Position numbers and translations under genes: made by a program. This document shows positions 63,745-64,000 of a stretch of DNA of 64,000 bases, in pieces; position 1 is the stretch's first letter; each line of letters starts with the position of its first letter. The stretch is taken from positions 1,056,001 to 1,120,000 of the forward strand of contig CAXXNF010000001.1 of the NCBI GenBank assembly GCA_963666365.2. Reading direction: 5' to 3'. The notes under the pieces were generated by a model that saw only the letters and a list, made by a program, of their open reading frames with translations, made no database searches and was not told the origin of the DNA. This DNA comes from Syntrophales bacterium (GTDB lineage: Bacteria; Desulfobacterota; Syntrophia; Syntrophales; UBA2210).

Positions 63745-64000
63745 GTAAACTACCACCGACTTTGTCGGTGGTTTTCTCAAAGACGACAACTCCTGACAAT
63801 GTCATTCGCTGTCGTCCTTCCACAACCTAAGCTGTTCTTCTCGAATCTGTTCCTCTGACTGCTCTCTCACATAATTTCGTATCACGGTACTGTCGATCCC
63901 CACTGTGCTGACAAAGTAGCCCCGCGCCCATATATGCATCCCCCAATATCGCTTGCTCAATTCCGGATACTCATTGCGCAAATACTCCGCACTCTTACCT
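63745..64000 (-). mobile_element. IS200/IS605-family element, right end (runs off the window)
   Basis: tnpA 3' end, subterminal hairpin ACCACCGAC-AAA-GTCGGTGGT (63772-63752), terminal AGTTTAC. Confidence 0.85.
63802..63999 (-). CDS. tnpA: IS200-family Y1 (HUH) transposase TnpA, C-terminal part, absent from the ORF track
   Basis: Hand translation GKSAEYLRNEYPELSKRYWGMHIWARGYFVSTVGIDSTVIRNYVREQSEEQIREEQLRLWKDDSE*, with WARGYF and the catalytic YxxxQ. Confidence 0.9.
   Translation of the reverse strand, partial: GKSAEYLRNEYPELSKRYWGMHIWARGYFVSTVGIDSTVIRNYVREQSEEQIREEQLRLWKDDSE

Overview
Chromosomal window from an anaerobic deltaproteobacterium-like organism (Desulfobacterota, plausibly Syntrophales). 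The taxonomy is inferred only from gene content and from three sigma-54 activators. The left half is mostly housekeeping and envelope genes: a ZraP/ZraS/ZraR-like two-component set, cls, nfu, ilvE, ftsH, nifU-nifS-cysE-cysK, PPIases and a DEAD-box helicase. It also holds two small genes missed by the ORF track, a THX ribosomal protein and a SEC-C mini-protein. The middle holds accessory catabolic genes, including a glycyl radical enzyme (GRE) of unassigned type with no adjacent activase, and a metallophosphoesterase fused to a Pol-beta-type nucleotidyltransferase that is coupled to a PilZ protein. The right part is a sigma-54 regulon. A large activator is followed by two copies of the same ~120-bp enhancer/promoter module, which drive three non-canonical crotonases and then a divergent GRE activase, an acyl-CoA ligase, a carboxyltransferase and an ABC binding protein. 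That last gene is broken by a composite insertion: an IS200-family element plus a class IIC group II intron that begins 7 nt past the IS right-end hairpin. The intron is internally deleted, has a WADD RT motif and lacks a branch-point A. No rRNA, tRNA or CRISPR array was seen. All calls come from reading motifs by eye; no database searches were run.
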